Below, one piece after another: positions 36,127 through 45,082 of a stretch of DNA of 64,000 nt (its first letter is position 1; every line of letters starts with the position of its first letter). Origin of the DNA: Clostridia bacterium. GTDB lineage: Bacteria; Bacillota; Clostridia; Oscillospirales; CAG-272. The stretch lies in contig JAGCXA010000044.1 in the NCBI GenBank assembly GCA_017961575.1, positions 5,705 to 69,704 on the forward strand, read 5' to 3'. The notes under the pieces were generated by a model. It made no database searches. It was given only the letters and a program-made list of their open reading frames with translations, and was not told where the DNA came from. The translations under genes were made by a program, and so were the position numbers.

Positions 36127-38439
36127 ATGATCGAAAACGTCGGGAACGTCAAACCCATCTACCCCTCCGAGCCGTGGCGGATCACCGAGGAGGAGTTCAA
36201 ACCCGAATACAACTACCGCAACGAGACGGTTTTCGTCCTCTCGAACGGCTATATCGGGATGCGCGGCACCTTTGAAGAGGGCTACAAACTGCAAAAAGGA
36301 TTCGGGATGGAGGGCAGTTTCGTCAACGGCTTCTACGAGAGCGAGACCATCCGCTACGGCGAGACCGCCTACGGGTTCGCCGACAAGACGCAGACGATGC
36401 TGAACGTCGCGAACGCCAAGATCATCCGGCTCTCGGTCGACGGCGAGGAGTTCAGTATCTTCGAGGGGAAACTTTCCGAATCGAAGCGTGTCCTCGATAT
36501 GAGGACGGGGACGCTCTCGCGCTTCGTCCGCTGGACGTCGCCGAAGGGGAAGACCGTCGGGATCAGATCGACCCGGATCGTATCGCTGACGAACAAGTTT
36601 GCCGCGGCGATCCGTTATTCGGTCACTCCGATCGACTTCGACGGCGAGATCGTCCTGACGTCGGTGATCGACGGCGACGTCGAGAACAACACGAAGGAAA
36701 ACAACTCCCGCATCGACTACGGCCCCTACGGACGGGTCGTTCTGCCGGTCAACGGAAAAACCGAGGGCGCCTTCTCGGCGCTCCGGCAGAGATCGAAGAA
36801 CACCGCGATCGGGATCGTTACCGCCGCGAGATGCGAAACCGACTTCGACGCGGCGCGAGAAAACGCGGACGACGAGTTCTCCGTATCGACCCGCTTCGCG
36901 TTCAGGGCGCAAAAAGGGAAAACCTACACCCTGACCAAGTATATCACCTACGTCACCACCCGCGACTTCGCCGAGGAAAAACTCTACGACGCGGCGAAAA
37001 CGGTCCTGTCCGATCTTGCGCGCGACGGCTTTGCCGCGCTTGAAGCCGCGCAGAAAAAGTACCTCGACGAGTTCTGGGAGAACGCCGACATCGAGATCGA
37101 CGGCGACGATCTGCTCTCGCAGGGGCTCCGCTTCCACATGTTCGCTCTGCTCCAATCGCCGGGACGGGACGGCAAGACCAGTCTCGGGGCGAAGGGGCTT
37201 TCGGGCGAGGGCTACGAGGGGCACGTCTTCTGGGATACCGAGATGTACGTCACTCCCTTCTTCAATTTCGAGCGTCCCGAGGTCGCGAAGCAGATCCTGA
37301 TGTTCCGCTACAACACGCTGGATCAGGCGCGCGAGCGTGCGCGGGTGCTGTCGGTCAAGCGCGGCTGCTGTTTCCCGTGGCGGACGATCAACGGGCGAGA
37401 AGCCAGCGCCTTCTTCCTTGCCGGGACCTGCCAGTTCCACATCAACGCCGATATTGCTTACGCCGTCAACCAGTACGTCGCGGCGACGGGCGACGACGAG
37501 TTCCTCGCCGACTACGGCGCGGAGATCCTGGTCGAAACGGCGCGCTTCTGGGTCGAGTTCGGCGAGTATATCGACTACAAGGGCGGCAAGTTCTGCATCA
37601 ACGGCGTGACGGGACCCGACGAGTTCGCCGTTCTGGTCAACAACAACTGCTACACCAATATGATGGCGCGCGAGAATATGAAGTACGCCGTCAAAGCCGT
37701 CGCGTTCTTAAAGGAAAAGATGCCCGACAAGTACGCCGCTTTGGCGAAGAAGATCGGGCTTTCGGACGGCGAGCCCGCCGAATGGCAGCGCGCGATCGAC
37801 AATACCTACATCCCCTACGACGAAGAGCGCGGGATCTACCCGCAGGACGACAGTTTCCTCTCGAAGAAGCGGTGGGACATCGAACACACCCCCTTCTCCG
37901 AGTTCCCCCTGCTCGACAAGCATCACCCGATCGTCGTCTACCGCCATCAGGTGTCGAAGCAGGCGGATTTCGTCCTCGCGATGTTCCTGCTCTCCGAGTA
38001 CTTCACCCGTGAGGAGATGAAGCGGAACTTCGACTTCTACGAGACGGTTTCGGTGCACGAATCCTCGCTCTCCGCCTGCATCTTCTCGATCGTCGCCGAC
38101 GCCATCGGCTATAACGACGTCGCCTACAAGTATTTTATGACGACCTCGCGTCTCGATCTCGACGACTATCACGCCAACGTCAACGCCGGTTACCATTGCG
38201 CGAATATGGCGGGAACCTGGATGAGTATGCTCTTCGGCTTCGGCGGGATGCGGCTCCGGGACGGCAAACTCACGTTTGCCCCGGTTCTGCCCGAGAAGTG
38301 GAACTCCTATCGCTTCCGGGTGCTCTGGCGCGGTCGGCTGATCGAGGTGAAGGTCGATCGGGAGGGGGCGCACTACCGTCTCGTCCGGGGCGACGCCGTA
38401 ACGATCCTCTCCTACGGCAAAGAGATTACGATTTCGTAA
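36127..38439 (+). CDS. Glycoside hydrolase family 65 disaccharide phosphorylase (kojibiose/maltose/nigerose/trehalose phosphorylase type)
   Basis: The 770-aa ORF starts W.ITEEEFKPEYNYRNETVFVLSNGYIGMRGTFEEG and contains …GLSGEGYEGHVFWDTEMY…. A beta-phosphoglucomutase gene follows downstream. Confidence 0.85.
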   Translation: MIENVGNVKPIYPSEPWRITEEEFKPEYNYRNETVFVLSNGYIGMRGTFEEGYKLQKGFGMEGSFVNGFYESETIRYGETAYGFADKTQTMLNVANAKIIRLSVDGEEFSIFEGKLSESKRVLDMRTGTLSRFVRWTSPKGKTVGIRSTRIVSLTNKFAAAIRYSVTPIDFDGEIVLTSVIDGDVENNTKENNSRIDYGPYGRVVLPVNGKTEGAFSALRQRSKNTAIGIVTAARCETDFDAARENADDEFSVSTRFAFRAQKGKTYTLTKYITYVTTRDFAEEKLYDAAKTVLSDLARDGFAALEAAQKKYLDEFWENADIEIDGDDLLSQGLRFHMFALLQSPGRDGKTSLGAKGLSGEGYEGHVFWDTEMYVTPFFNFERPEVAKQILMFRYNTLDQARERARVLSVKRGCCFPWRTINGREASAFFLAGTCQFHINADIAYAVNQYVAATGDDEFLADYGAEILVETARFWVEFGEYIDYKGGKFCINGVTGPDEFAVLVNNNCYTNMMARENMKYAVKAVAFLKEKMPDKYAALAKKIGLSDGEPAEWQRAIDNTYIPYDEERGIYPQDDSFLSKKRWDIEHTPFSEFPLLDKHHPIVVYRHQVSKQADFVLAMFLLSEYFTREEMKRNFDFYETVSVHESSLSACIFSIVADAIGYNDVAYKYFMTTSRLDLDDYHANVNAGYHCANMAGTWMSMLFGFGGMRLRDGKLTFAPVLPEKWNSYRFRVLWRGRLIEVKVDREGAHYRLVRGDAVTILSYGKEITIS

Positions 38440-38454
38440 AGGGAACGATACGCA

Positions 38455-39192
38455 ATGAACGCACAGGACTACAAAAAGCAGCTTGAAAGCGAATACAAGT
38501 ACAAACTCGAACTCCACGCCCACTCGAACCCCGCCAGCGGGTGCAGCGAGGTGCCGGCGCCCGATCTGGTCAGAACCTACGCGGAACTGGGCTATCACGG
38601 GATCGTTCTCACCAACCACTTCATCTACGACTACTCGACTTGTATGCGGGGGCGCAGCGTCGAGGAGGAGATCGCCGTCTGGCTGAACGACTATCGCGAG
38701 GCGGTCGAAGAGGGCAAAAAATACGGTCTTGCCGTATTTCTCGGCGCCGAGATCCGCTTTACCGAAAACGATAACGACTATCTGATCTACGGTCTCACGG
38801 AAGAGATGCTGCCCGAGATCTACCGGCGGCTGCCGGCGGGGGTCGAATCCTTCCGCAAAAACTATAAAATGCCCGACAGCGTGTTTTTGCAGGCGCATCC
38901 CTTCCGCGACGGGATGGTTGAGGTCGACCCGGCGATCCTCGACGGGATCGAGACGTTCAATATGCATCCGGGTCAGCGTTCCCGCAACGCCGTCGCGAAT
39001 ATCTACGCCAAGAAAAAGGGGATCGGCATCCGGCTGGTCGCTTCCGACTTTCACTTCCTGCGCGGGCGGGACGTCGCGGTCTCGGCGATCCGGACGAAAA
39101 CGATGCCGAAGGACGCCTTCGAGATCGCGAAGATCCTCCGGAGCGGCGATTTTATCGGCGAGGTCGGAGGTCAGGCGCTGATCCTGCCGTAA
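38455..39192 (+). CDS. PHP-domain metal-dependent phosphoesterase
   Basis: The 245-aa ORF starts with ELHAHSNPASGC…HGIVLTNHF…, a PHP His motif pattern. Confidence 0.65.
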   Translation: MNAQDYKKQLESEYKYKLELHAHSNPASGCSEVPAPDLVRTYAELGYHGIVLTNHFIYDYSTCMRGRSVEEEIAVWLNDYREAVEEGKKYGLAVFLGAEIRFTENDNDYLIYGLTEEMLPEIYRRLPAGVESFRKNYKMPDSVFLQAHPFRDGMVEVDPAILDGIETFNMHPGQRSRNAVANIYAKKKGIGIRLVASDFHFLRGRDVAVSAIRTKTMPKDAFEIAKILRSGDFIGEVGGQALILP

Positions 39193-39203
39193 AGGAGAAA
39201 ACG

Positions 39204-39839
39204 ATGATAAAAGCGGTACTGTTCGATTTGGACGGCGTGATCGTTTCGACCGATCATTGCCATTACCGGGCGTGGAAACGGATGGCGGACGAAGAAGGGA
39301 TCTACTTCGACGAGAAGATCAACGACCGTCTCCGCGGCGTCAGCCGGATGGCGAGTCTCGAAATCGTGTTGGAGAGGGCGACACGCGCCTATACCGACGA
39401 CGAAAAGAAAGAACTTGCCGAGCGCAAGAACGGCTATTATCGGGAACTGATCTCCGAGTTGACCCCCGCCGATCTTCTGCCCGGCGCGATGGAGAACCTG
39501 AATAAACTGAAAGACAACGGGATCCTCGTCGCCGTCGGCTCGTCGAGCAAGAACACCCCGATCATTCTCCGGCAGATCGGACTGGACGCCTTTTTCGACG
39601 CGGTGTCCGACGGGAATAACATCACCCGCTCGAAACCCGACCCGGAGGTCTTCCTGAAAGCCGCCGAGATGCTCGGCGTGCCGCCCGCGGAGTGCCTTGT
39701 CGTCGAGGACGCCGACGCGGGGATCGAGGCGGGACGCCGCGGCGGGATGAAGACCCTGTCGGTCAAGGGCGCCGCGGGCGCCGACTACTTTGCCCCCGAC
39801 CTGTCCTCGTTCGATATTTACGAAAAGATCGTCCGATAA
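39204..39839 (+). CDS. pgmB: Beta-phosphoglucomutase (HAD superfamily)
   Basis: The 211-aa ORF begins MIKAVLFDLDGVIV.T and contains …RLRGVSRMASLEIVL…VGSSSKN…SKPDPEVFLKAAEMLGV.P.ECLVVEDADAGIEAG…. It sits in the classical pairing with a GH65 phosphorylase. Confidence 0.85.
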   Translation: MIKAVLFDLDGVIVSTDHCHYRAWKRMADEEGIYFDEKINDRLRGVSRMASLEIVLERATRAYTDDEKKELAERKNGYYRELISELTPADLLPGAMENLNKLKDNGILVAVGSSSKNTPIILRQIGLDAFFDAVSDGNNITRSKPDPEVFLKAAEMLGVPPAECLVVEDADAGIEAGRRGGMKTLSVKGAAGADYFAPDLSSFDIYEKIVR

Positions 39840-39870
39840 AAAACGATACGGAACCGAAAAGGAGAAAACG

Positions 39871-42654
39871 ATGAAGAAACTGATCTTTGCGGCATTCCTG
39901 ACGATCCTTGCCCTGCTATGCCTTTCCTTCGCGTCCTGCAAGCCGAAGGTCCCGGAACACGAACACGAATGGGACGGGGGAACGGTCACGGCAGAAGGAA
40001 ACTGCAAGACCGGCGAGCCGGGCGAGATCCGCTATACCTGCACGATCTGCGGCGCGACCAAGACCGAGGAAACCGACGGACACGCCTGGGGTGAAGGAGA
40101 GGTCATTTCCTCACCGACCTGTACCTCGACCGGCGGTCGGCTTTTCAGATGCGCCCGGTGCGGCGATTCGAAGACGGAGGATATCCCGATCGACCCCGAC
40201 GCGCATACGCTCGAAAAGAACGAGGGACGGATCGTGACCCCGGCGACTGCTTTGGCGGACGGCGAGATCGAGCGGGTCTGCACCAAATGCGGCAAGGGCG
40301 TTTCCGAGCCGCTCAAATTCGCCGACTATAACCCCAAGGTCGTCGCTGCCAAACAAAAGGTCGATTCGTTCGACTCCTCCCTGTTCGGCAGCGGGACGAT
40401 CACCTCCAACCTCGGCGGAAGCTACGCCCTGCCCTCGGTCAAACCGACGAAAAAACAGCATCCGCGCGTCCTGTTCCGGAAGGGGAGCATCGACGGGATC
40501 AACGCCGAACTCCACGATCTGCGGAGTTCCGCCGCGTCGGGGCTGTTCCGCGCGGCGGTAAGAAAGCCGACCGACGGGAAACTCGGAAGCGGCAACCAGA
40601 ACTTCTCGGAGGACGTGATGAGCAATATCCAGATGCTGGCGCTCGATTACGCCCTGACCAAGAACGCGATTTCGGGTTACAACGCGATCTACGCGATCAA
40701 GAACGCGATCACCACGCTGAGTTATTCCGGTATGAGCGATAACTCCCGCTATTACGGCTGCACGATGTATATTGCGGCGTGCGTCTACGACTGGTGCTAC
40801 GATCTGCTCTCCGACGCCGATAAACAGCAGATCGTCCTCGGCGTAGAGAAGAAGATCTGCTCGCAGATGGAGATCGGCTTCCCGCCGTCGGGACAGTCGG
40901 CGCTCAACGGGCACGCCTGCGAGTATCAACTGCTGCGCGATTACCTTGCTTTTGCCATCGCGATCTACGACGAATATCCCGGCTGGTGGAACTATATCGG
41001 CGGACGCTACTACGAGGAGTTCGTCCCGATCCGCGCGCGTTTCTACGAGGCGGGGATGGCGCCGCAGGGCGTCTCGCTCTACTTGCAGACCCGCTACGCC
41101 TCCGACCTCTATTCGGCTTGGCTGATCTACGGAATGACGGGGAGCACCCCCTTTAACGCCGACGATATGAAGCAGGTCGCGCGGACGATCTTCTCGCACG
41201 AATTGCCGGGGTACTATCACTCCAACGTGCGGTACTACCTCGGGTTCAATACCGGGGACGATCACGTTCCCGACGGCAGTTTCATCAACTACGGACGGGT
41301 CGCCCTGATCTCGTCCCACGTCTTCGGCGACGCGACGATGCGCGCCGAACTCGAACATTTCAAATCCTCCTATTCCGACTTCACGACCCAGTTCACCTCC
41401 GGCGGGGCGACCGTCGCGGAATACCTGATCTGCTCCTCTTCCGGGTTGAAGGCGGCGTCCGACCGCCACGAGGGGATGGATCTGATCCTCTATAACGGCG
41501 GCTGGCTCGGACAGACCATCGCCCGGAACAACTGGGGGGACAAACAGGCGGCGGTGCTGATGAAGATCGGCGTCCAGACGACGGCGAACCACGATCACCG
41601 CGACGCGGGACAGTTCCAGATCTTCTACCGCGAGATCCTCGCCGGCGATACCGGCGCCTACGTCAAGTACGGCGAAGACCATCACAACTACTACCACAAG
41701 GCGACCATTGCCCACAACAGTCTGCTGATCTACAATCCGTCGCAGTCCTCGACCGACGGCGGCTATTATTCCGGCGGTCAGAACTCCGCGATCTCGGGGG
41801 AGATCTCGGACTACTCGAACTGGCTGAACCGGACCAAGTACGTGACCGGCGAGGTGACGGGACACGCGGAGGGCTACGCAGACGCGGCGAAAACGATCCC
41901 GACCTACGCCTATATCGCCGGGGATATTGCGAAGGCGTACTCCTCCTCGACGGTCTCGGAGGTCACGCGCCGGATGCTCGCCGTCTACGATACCGGGAAC
42001 CCGAGCGTTCCGATGTACTTCTTCGTCTTCGACAATATCACGGCGAAGAACGGCAGTTTCAAAAAAACCTTCCTGCTCCACGTTCCGACCGAGCCCGTGA
42101 TCTCGGGCAAGACCGTGACCGTGACGAACGGAAACGGCAAACTCGTCCTGCAAAACGTGATCGGCAACAACGCGACGATCGAGAAGATCGGCGGCGAAGA
42201 CAAGAACTTCTGGGTCAACAAGGGCGGGCAGACCAACTACGTCCAACTCAAAAGCAAGGAGAACCCCGACCGCACCGACGATTTCTGGGGGCGCGTCGAG
42301 ATCAGCCCCGCGACCGGCAACCCGACCGATCAACTGCTCAACGTGATGTACGTCTGCGACGCGGATAAGACCCTCGGTCTGACGGCGACGAAGATTGAGA
42401 CGGGCGACGTCAAGGGCGCCCGGATCGGCAACACCGCGGCGGTCTTCGTCTGCGACGCGACCCGGCGCACGACCGCGTTCACCTTCACGTCGGGCGAGAC
42501 GGGCACGCTCAATTACTATATTTCGGGCGTCAGAGCCGGAAAATGGACGGTTTCGGTGGGCGGACAGACGACGGTCGTAACGGCGACCGCGGACGGCGGA
42601 TTTCTCACCTTTTCCGCTCCGGCGGGAAATGTCACCCTGACCCCCGGCAACTGA
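39871..42654 (+). CDS. Lipoprotein with N-terminal Cys-rich repeats and a heparinase II/III-like (polysaccharide lyase-type) domain
   Basis: The ATG at 39871 follows AAAAGGAG. The signal peptide carries a lipobox (LLCLSFASC). There are three Cys-rich CxxC-containing modules. The core (…DWCYDLLSD…GFPPSG…NGHACEYQLLRDYLAFAIAIYDEYPGWW…ANHDHRDAGQFQIFY…ATIAHNSLLIYN…) resembles heparinase II/III-family alpha/alpha-toroid plus beta-sandwich proteins. Confidence 0.7.
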   Translation: MKKLIFAAFLTILALLCLSFASCKPKVPEHEHEWDGGTVTAEGNCKTGEPGEIRYTCTICGATKTEETDGHAWGEGEVISSPTCTSTGGRLFRCARCGDSKTEDIPIDPDAHTLEKNEGRIVTPATALADGEIERVCTKCGKGVSEPLKFADYNPKVVAAKQKVDSFDSSLFGSGTITSNLGGSYALPSVKPTKKQHPRVLFRKGSIDGINAELHDLRSSAASGLFRAAVRKPTDGKLGSGNQNFSEDVMSNIQMLALDYALTKNAISGYNAIYAIKNAITTLSYSGMSDNSRYYGCTMYIAACVYDWCYDLLSDADKQQIVLGVEKKICSQMEIGFPPSGQSALNGHACEYQLLRDYLAFAIAIYDEYPGWWNYIGGRYYEEFVPIRARFYEAGMAPQGVSLYLQTRYASDLYSAWLIYGMTGSTPFNADDMKQVARTIFSHELPGYYHSNVRYYLGFNTGDDHVPDGSFINYGRVALISSHVFGDATMRAELEHFKSSYSDFTTQFTSGGATVAEYLICSSSGLKAASDRHEGMDLILYNGGWLGQTIARNNWGDKQAAVLMKIGVQTTANHDHRDAGQFQIFYREILAGDTGAYVKYGEDHHNYYHKATIAHNSLLIYNPSQSSTDGGYYSGGQNSAISGEISDYSNWLNRTKYVTGEVTGHAEGYADAAKTIPTYAYIAGDIAKAYSSSTVSEVTRRMLAVYDTGNPSVPMYFFVFDNITAKNGSFKKTFLLHVPTEPVISGKTVTVTNGNGKLVLQNVIGNNATIEKIGGEDKNFWVNKGGQTNYVQLKSKENPDRTDDFWGRVEISPATGNPTDQLLNVMYVCDADKTLGLTATKIETGDVKGARIGNTAAVFVCDATRRTTAFTFTSGETGTLNYYISGVRAGKWTVSVGGQTTVVTATADGGFLTFSAPAGNVTLTPGN

Positions 42655-42681
42655 CAAACGCCGTCAAAAGGGAGACGCAAA

Positions 42682-45027
42682 ATGTCGTTTTTCGACAAAA
42701 ACAAACGGCTTGAAACAGAACTGAAAAAGAAGATCGCCGCCTTCGCCCCCTCGGATTTCGGGGGCGAGACGGTGACCGCGGATCTTGCGGCGGCGGCGGG
42801 GAAGACCTATCCCGCCCCGCCGGTTTTTCCGAAAAAGGGTCGGCATCCGCGCGTGCTTTTCCACGCGGGGAATATCGCGGGGATAAGGGAAGCCGAGCGC
42901 GACCCGAAGAACGCCGCCGCCGTTTCGCGCTTCCGCCAAGCGATCGAACGCCCGACCGACGGAGACCTCGGGGACGCCGAGCGGAAGAAAACCGGAACGT
43001 ACCACAACTTCGACGATTCGGTTCTGCGAGAGATCCAGTCGCTTGCCCTCAACTACGCCGCGAACGGCGTCCGCCTTTCGGGCTATCGCGCGATCTATGC
43101 GACCAAGAACGTCCTCAAAACGATGGATTTCCGCGACGTCGGGGGCGATCAATGCCGCCAGTTCGGCTACGTAACCTTCACCGCCGCCTGCGTCTACGAC
43201 TGGTGCTACGACCTGCTCACCGACCTCGACAAACGGCAGATCGTGGCGGGCGTACAGCACAAGTGCTGCGAGGGCGAAAACGAGCGCGGCGCGAGAATGG
43301 AGGTCGGCTTCCCGCCTGCGGGACAGGGCGCGATCTCGGGGCACGGCACCGAGTATCAGATCCTGCGCGACTACCTGTCGTTTGCCATCGCGATCTACGA
43401 CGAATACCCCGGCTGGTGGGATTTCATCGGCGGGCGGTTCTACACCGAGTTCGTCCCCGTCCGGCGGGAGTTTTACCGCGCCGGGCTCTATCCGCAGGGC
43501 ACGTCGCTCTACATCCAGATCCGCTACTCCGCCGACCTCTTTTCGGCGTTGCTCGTCCGGGCGGCGACCGATACGTTCCCCTACGACGAAGCCGATATGA
43601 AGCGGGTCGCGCGGACGGCGTATTCTTACGAGTTGCCCGGCGGGCGCGCCTTCGCCTCGGGCGACGACCATACGACCGACCGCCCCCTCGCCGACCTCGG
43701 GCAGATCGCGCTCCTTTCGTCCTATCTCTTTGACGACGGGACGGTGCGGGCGCAGCTCGAATCCTGCCAATCGAACTATACCGACTTCGGCGCCTATTTC
43801 ACCTCGGGCGCCGGCGCGGCGATCTATCTGATCTGTTCCTCTTCGGGGCTTCGTGCGGCGCCCGACCGTCACGAGGGGATGCCGCTCGTTCTTTATAACG
43901 GCGGCTGGCTCGGGCAGATCATCGCCCGGAACAACTGGGGGGACGATCAGGCGGCGGTGCTGATGAAGATCGGCTGCCGCTCCGCCGCCAACCACGAGCA
44001 CAACGACGCGGGACAGTTTCAGATCTTTTACCGGTCGATGCTCGCCGGCGACACGGGTTCCTACGATAAATACGGCGATCCGCACCACTACTGGTACCAC
44101 CAGGCGACGGTCGCGCACAACTGCCTTCTGATCTACAACCCCGCGCTGTCCGAGTCCGACCGGGGGTACTACAGCGGCGGGCAGATCCACCGCTGGGAGT
44201 GCCACGATTTCTCGGTCTGGAAAGACGATCGGGAACACAAAACGGGGACCGTGACGGGCTGGGAGACCGGCTACGCCGACGCGGCGCAAACCAAACCGAC
44301 CTACGCGTATCTGGCGGGCGATATCACCCCCGCCTACGACGAGGCGACCGTCTCCGAGGTCACGCGCCGCTTCCTTTCGGTATTCGATACCGGGAACCGC
44401 GACGTCCCGTTGTTCTTCTTCGTCTTTGACCGGATCACGGCGACCGATCCGTCTTTCAAGAAGACGTTCCTGCTCCATACCGCGACCGAACCGTCGGTCA
44501 ACGGCAATACCGTGACCGAGATCAGCGGAGAGGGAAAACTCGTCCTGCAAACTCTGTTCGGCGGCGACCGGATCGAAAAGGTCGGCGGAGAGGGCAGAAA
44601 CTACGTCGTCAACGGAGAGCAACTCGCACCCTGCAAAAACGGCGACGACGGCTTCTGGGGTCGCGTCGAGATCAGCCCCGCGACGGGCAACGCGACAGAC
44701 GATCTTCTGAACGTGATGTACGTCTGCGACGTCGACAAGAACCCGAAACTCACCGCGACCCCGATCGGGACCGACGCCGTGAAGGGCGCCGCGCTCGGCA
44801 AGGTCGTCGCGGTCTTCGTGACGGACGCGACCCGCGCCGCCGCGCCCCTCGCCTTCGAAACGGGCGGCACGGGCGCCCTCACCTGCTACGTCTCCGGCGT
44901 CGGGGCGGGGAATTGGACGGTCGCGGCAGGCGGAAAAACAGAGACCGTCCGGGCGACCGAAGAGGGCGGCTTGCTCGTCTTTTCCGCCCCCGCCGGCACC
45001 GTCACCCTGACCCCGCAGACTGACTGA
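42682..45027 (+). CDS. Heparinase II/III-like protein, cytoplasmic paralogue of the preceding gene
   Basis: The 781-aa ORF is collinear with 39871..42654 from about aa 150 onward (…DWCYDLLTD…GFPPAG…GHGTEYQILRDYLSFAIAIYDEYPGWW…ANHEHNDAGQFQIFY…ATVAHNCLLIYN…). It has no signal peptide. Confidence 0.7.
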   Translation: MSFFDKNKRLETELKKKIAAFAPSDFGGETVTADLAAAAGKTYPAPPVFPKKGRHPRVLFHAGNIAGIREAERDPKNAAAVSRFRQAIERPTDGDLGDAERKKTGTYHNFDDSVLREIQSLALNYAANGVRLSGYRAIYATKNVLKTMDFRDVGGDQCRQFGYVTFTAACVYDWCYDLLTDLDKRQIVAGVQHKCCEGENERGARMEVGFPPAGQGAISGHGTEYQILRDYLSFAIAIYDEYPGWWDFIGGRFYTEFVPVRREFYRAGLYPQGTSLYIQIRYSADLFSALLVRAATDTFPYDEADMKRVARTAYSYELPGGRAFASGDDHTTDRPLADLGQIALLSSYLFDDGTVRAQLESCQSNYTDFGAYFTSGAGAAIYLICSSSGLRAAPDRHEGMPLVLYNGGWLGQIIARNNWGDDQAAVLMKIGCRSAANHEHNDAGQFQIFYRSMLAGDTGSYDKYGDPHHYWYHQATVAHNCLLIYNPALSESDRGYYSGGQIHRWECHDFSVWKDDREHKTGTVTGWETGYADAAQTKPTYAYLAGDITPAYDEATVSEVTRRFLSVFDTGNRDVPLFFFVFDRITATDPSFKKTFLLHTATEPSVNGNTVTEISGEGKLVLQTLFGGDRIEKVGGEGRNYVVNGEQLAPCKNGDDGFWGRVEISPATGNATDDLLNVMYVCDVDKNPKLTATPIGTDAVKGAALGKVVAVFVTDATRAAAPLAFETGGTGALTCYVSGVGAGNWTVAAGGKTETVRATEEGGLLVFSAPAGTVTLTPQTD

Positions 45028-45039
45028 AAACGAAAAAAC

Positions 45040-45079
45040 GCGGGCACGCCGAACGGCGCGCCCGCATTCTGTTTTTTTT
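45040..45079. terminator. Bidirectional intrinsic terminator between convergent genes
   Basis: A GC-rich hairpin gcgggc(a)cgcc-gaac-ggcg(c)gcccgc is flanked by aaaaaa upstream and tttttttt downstream. Confidence 0.75.
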
Positions 45080-45082
45080 CGC

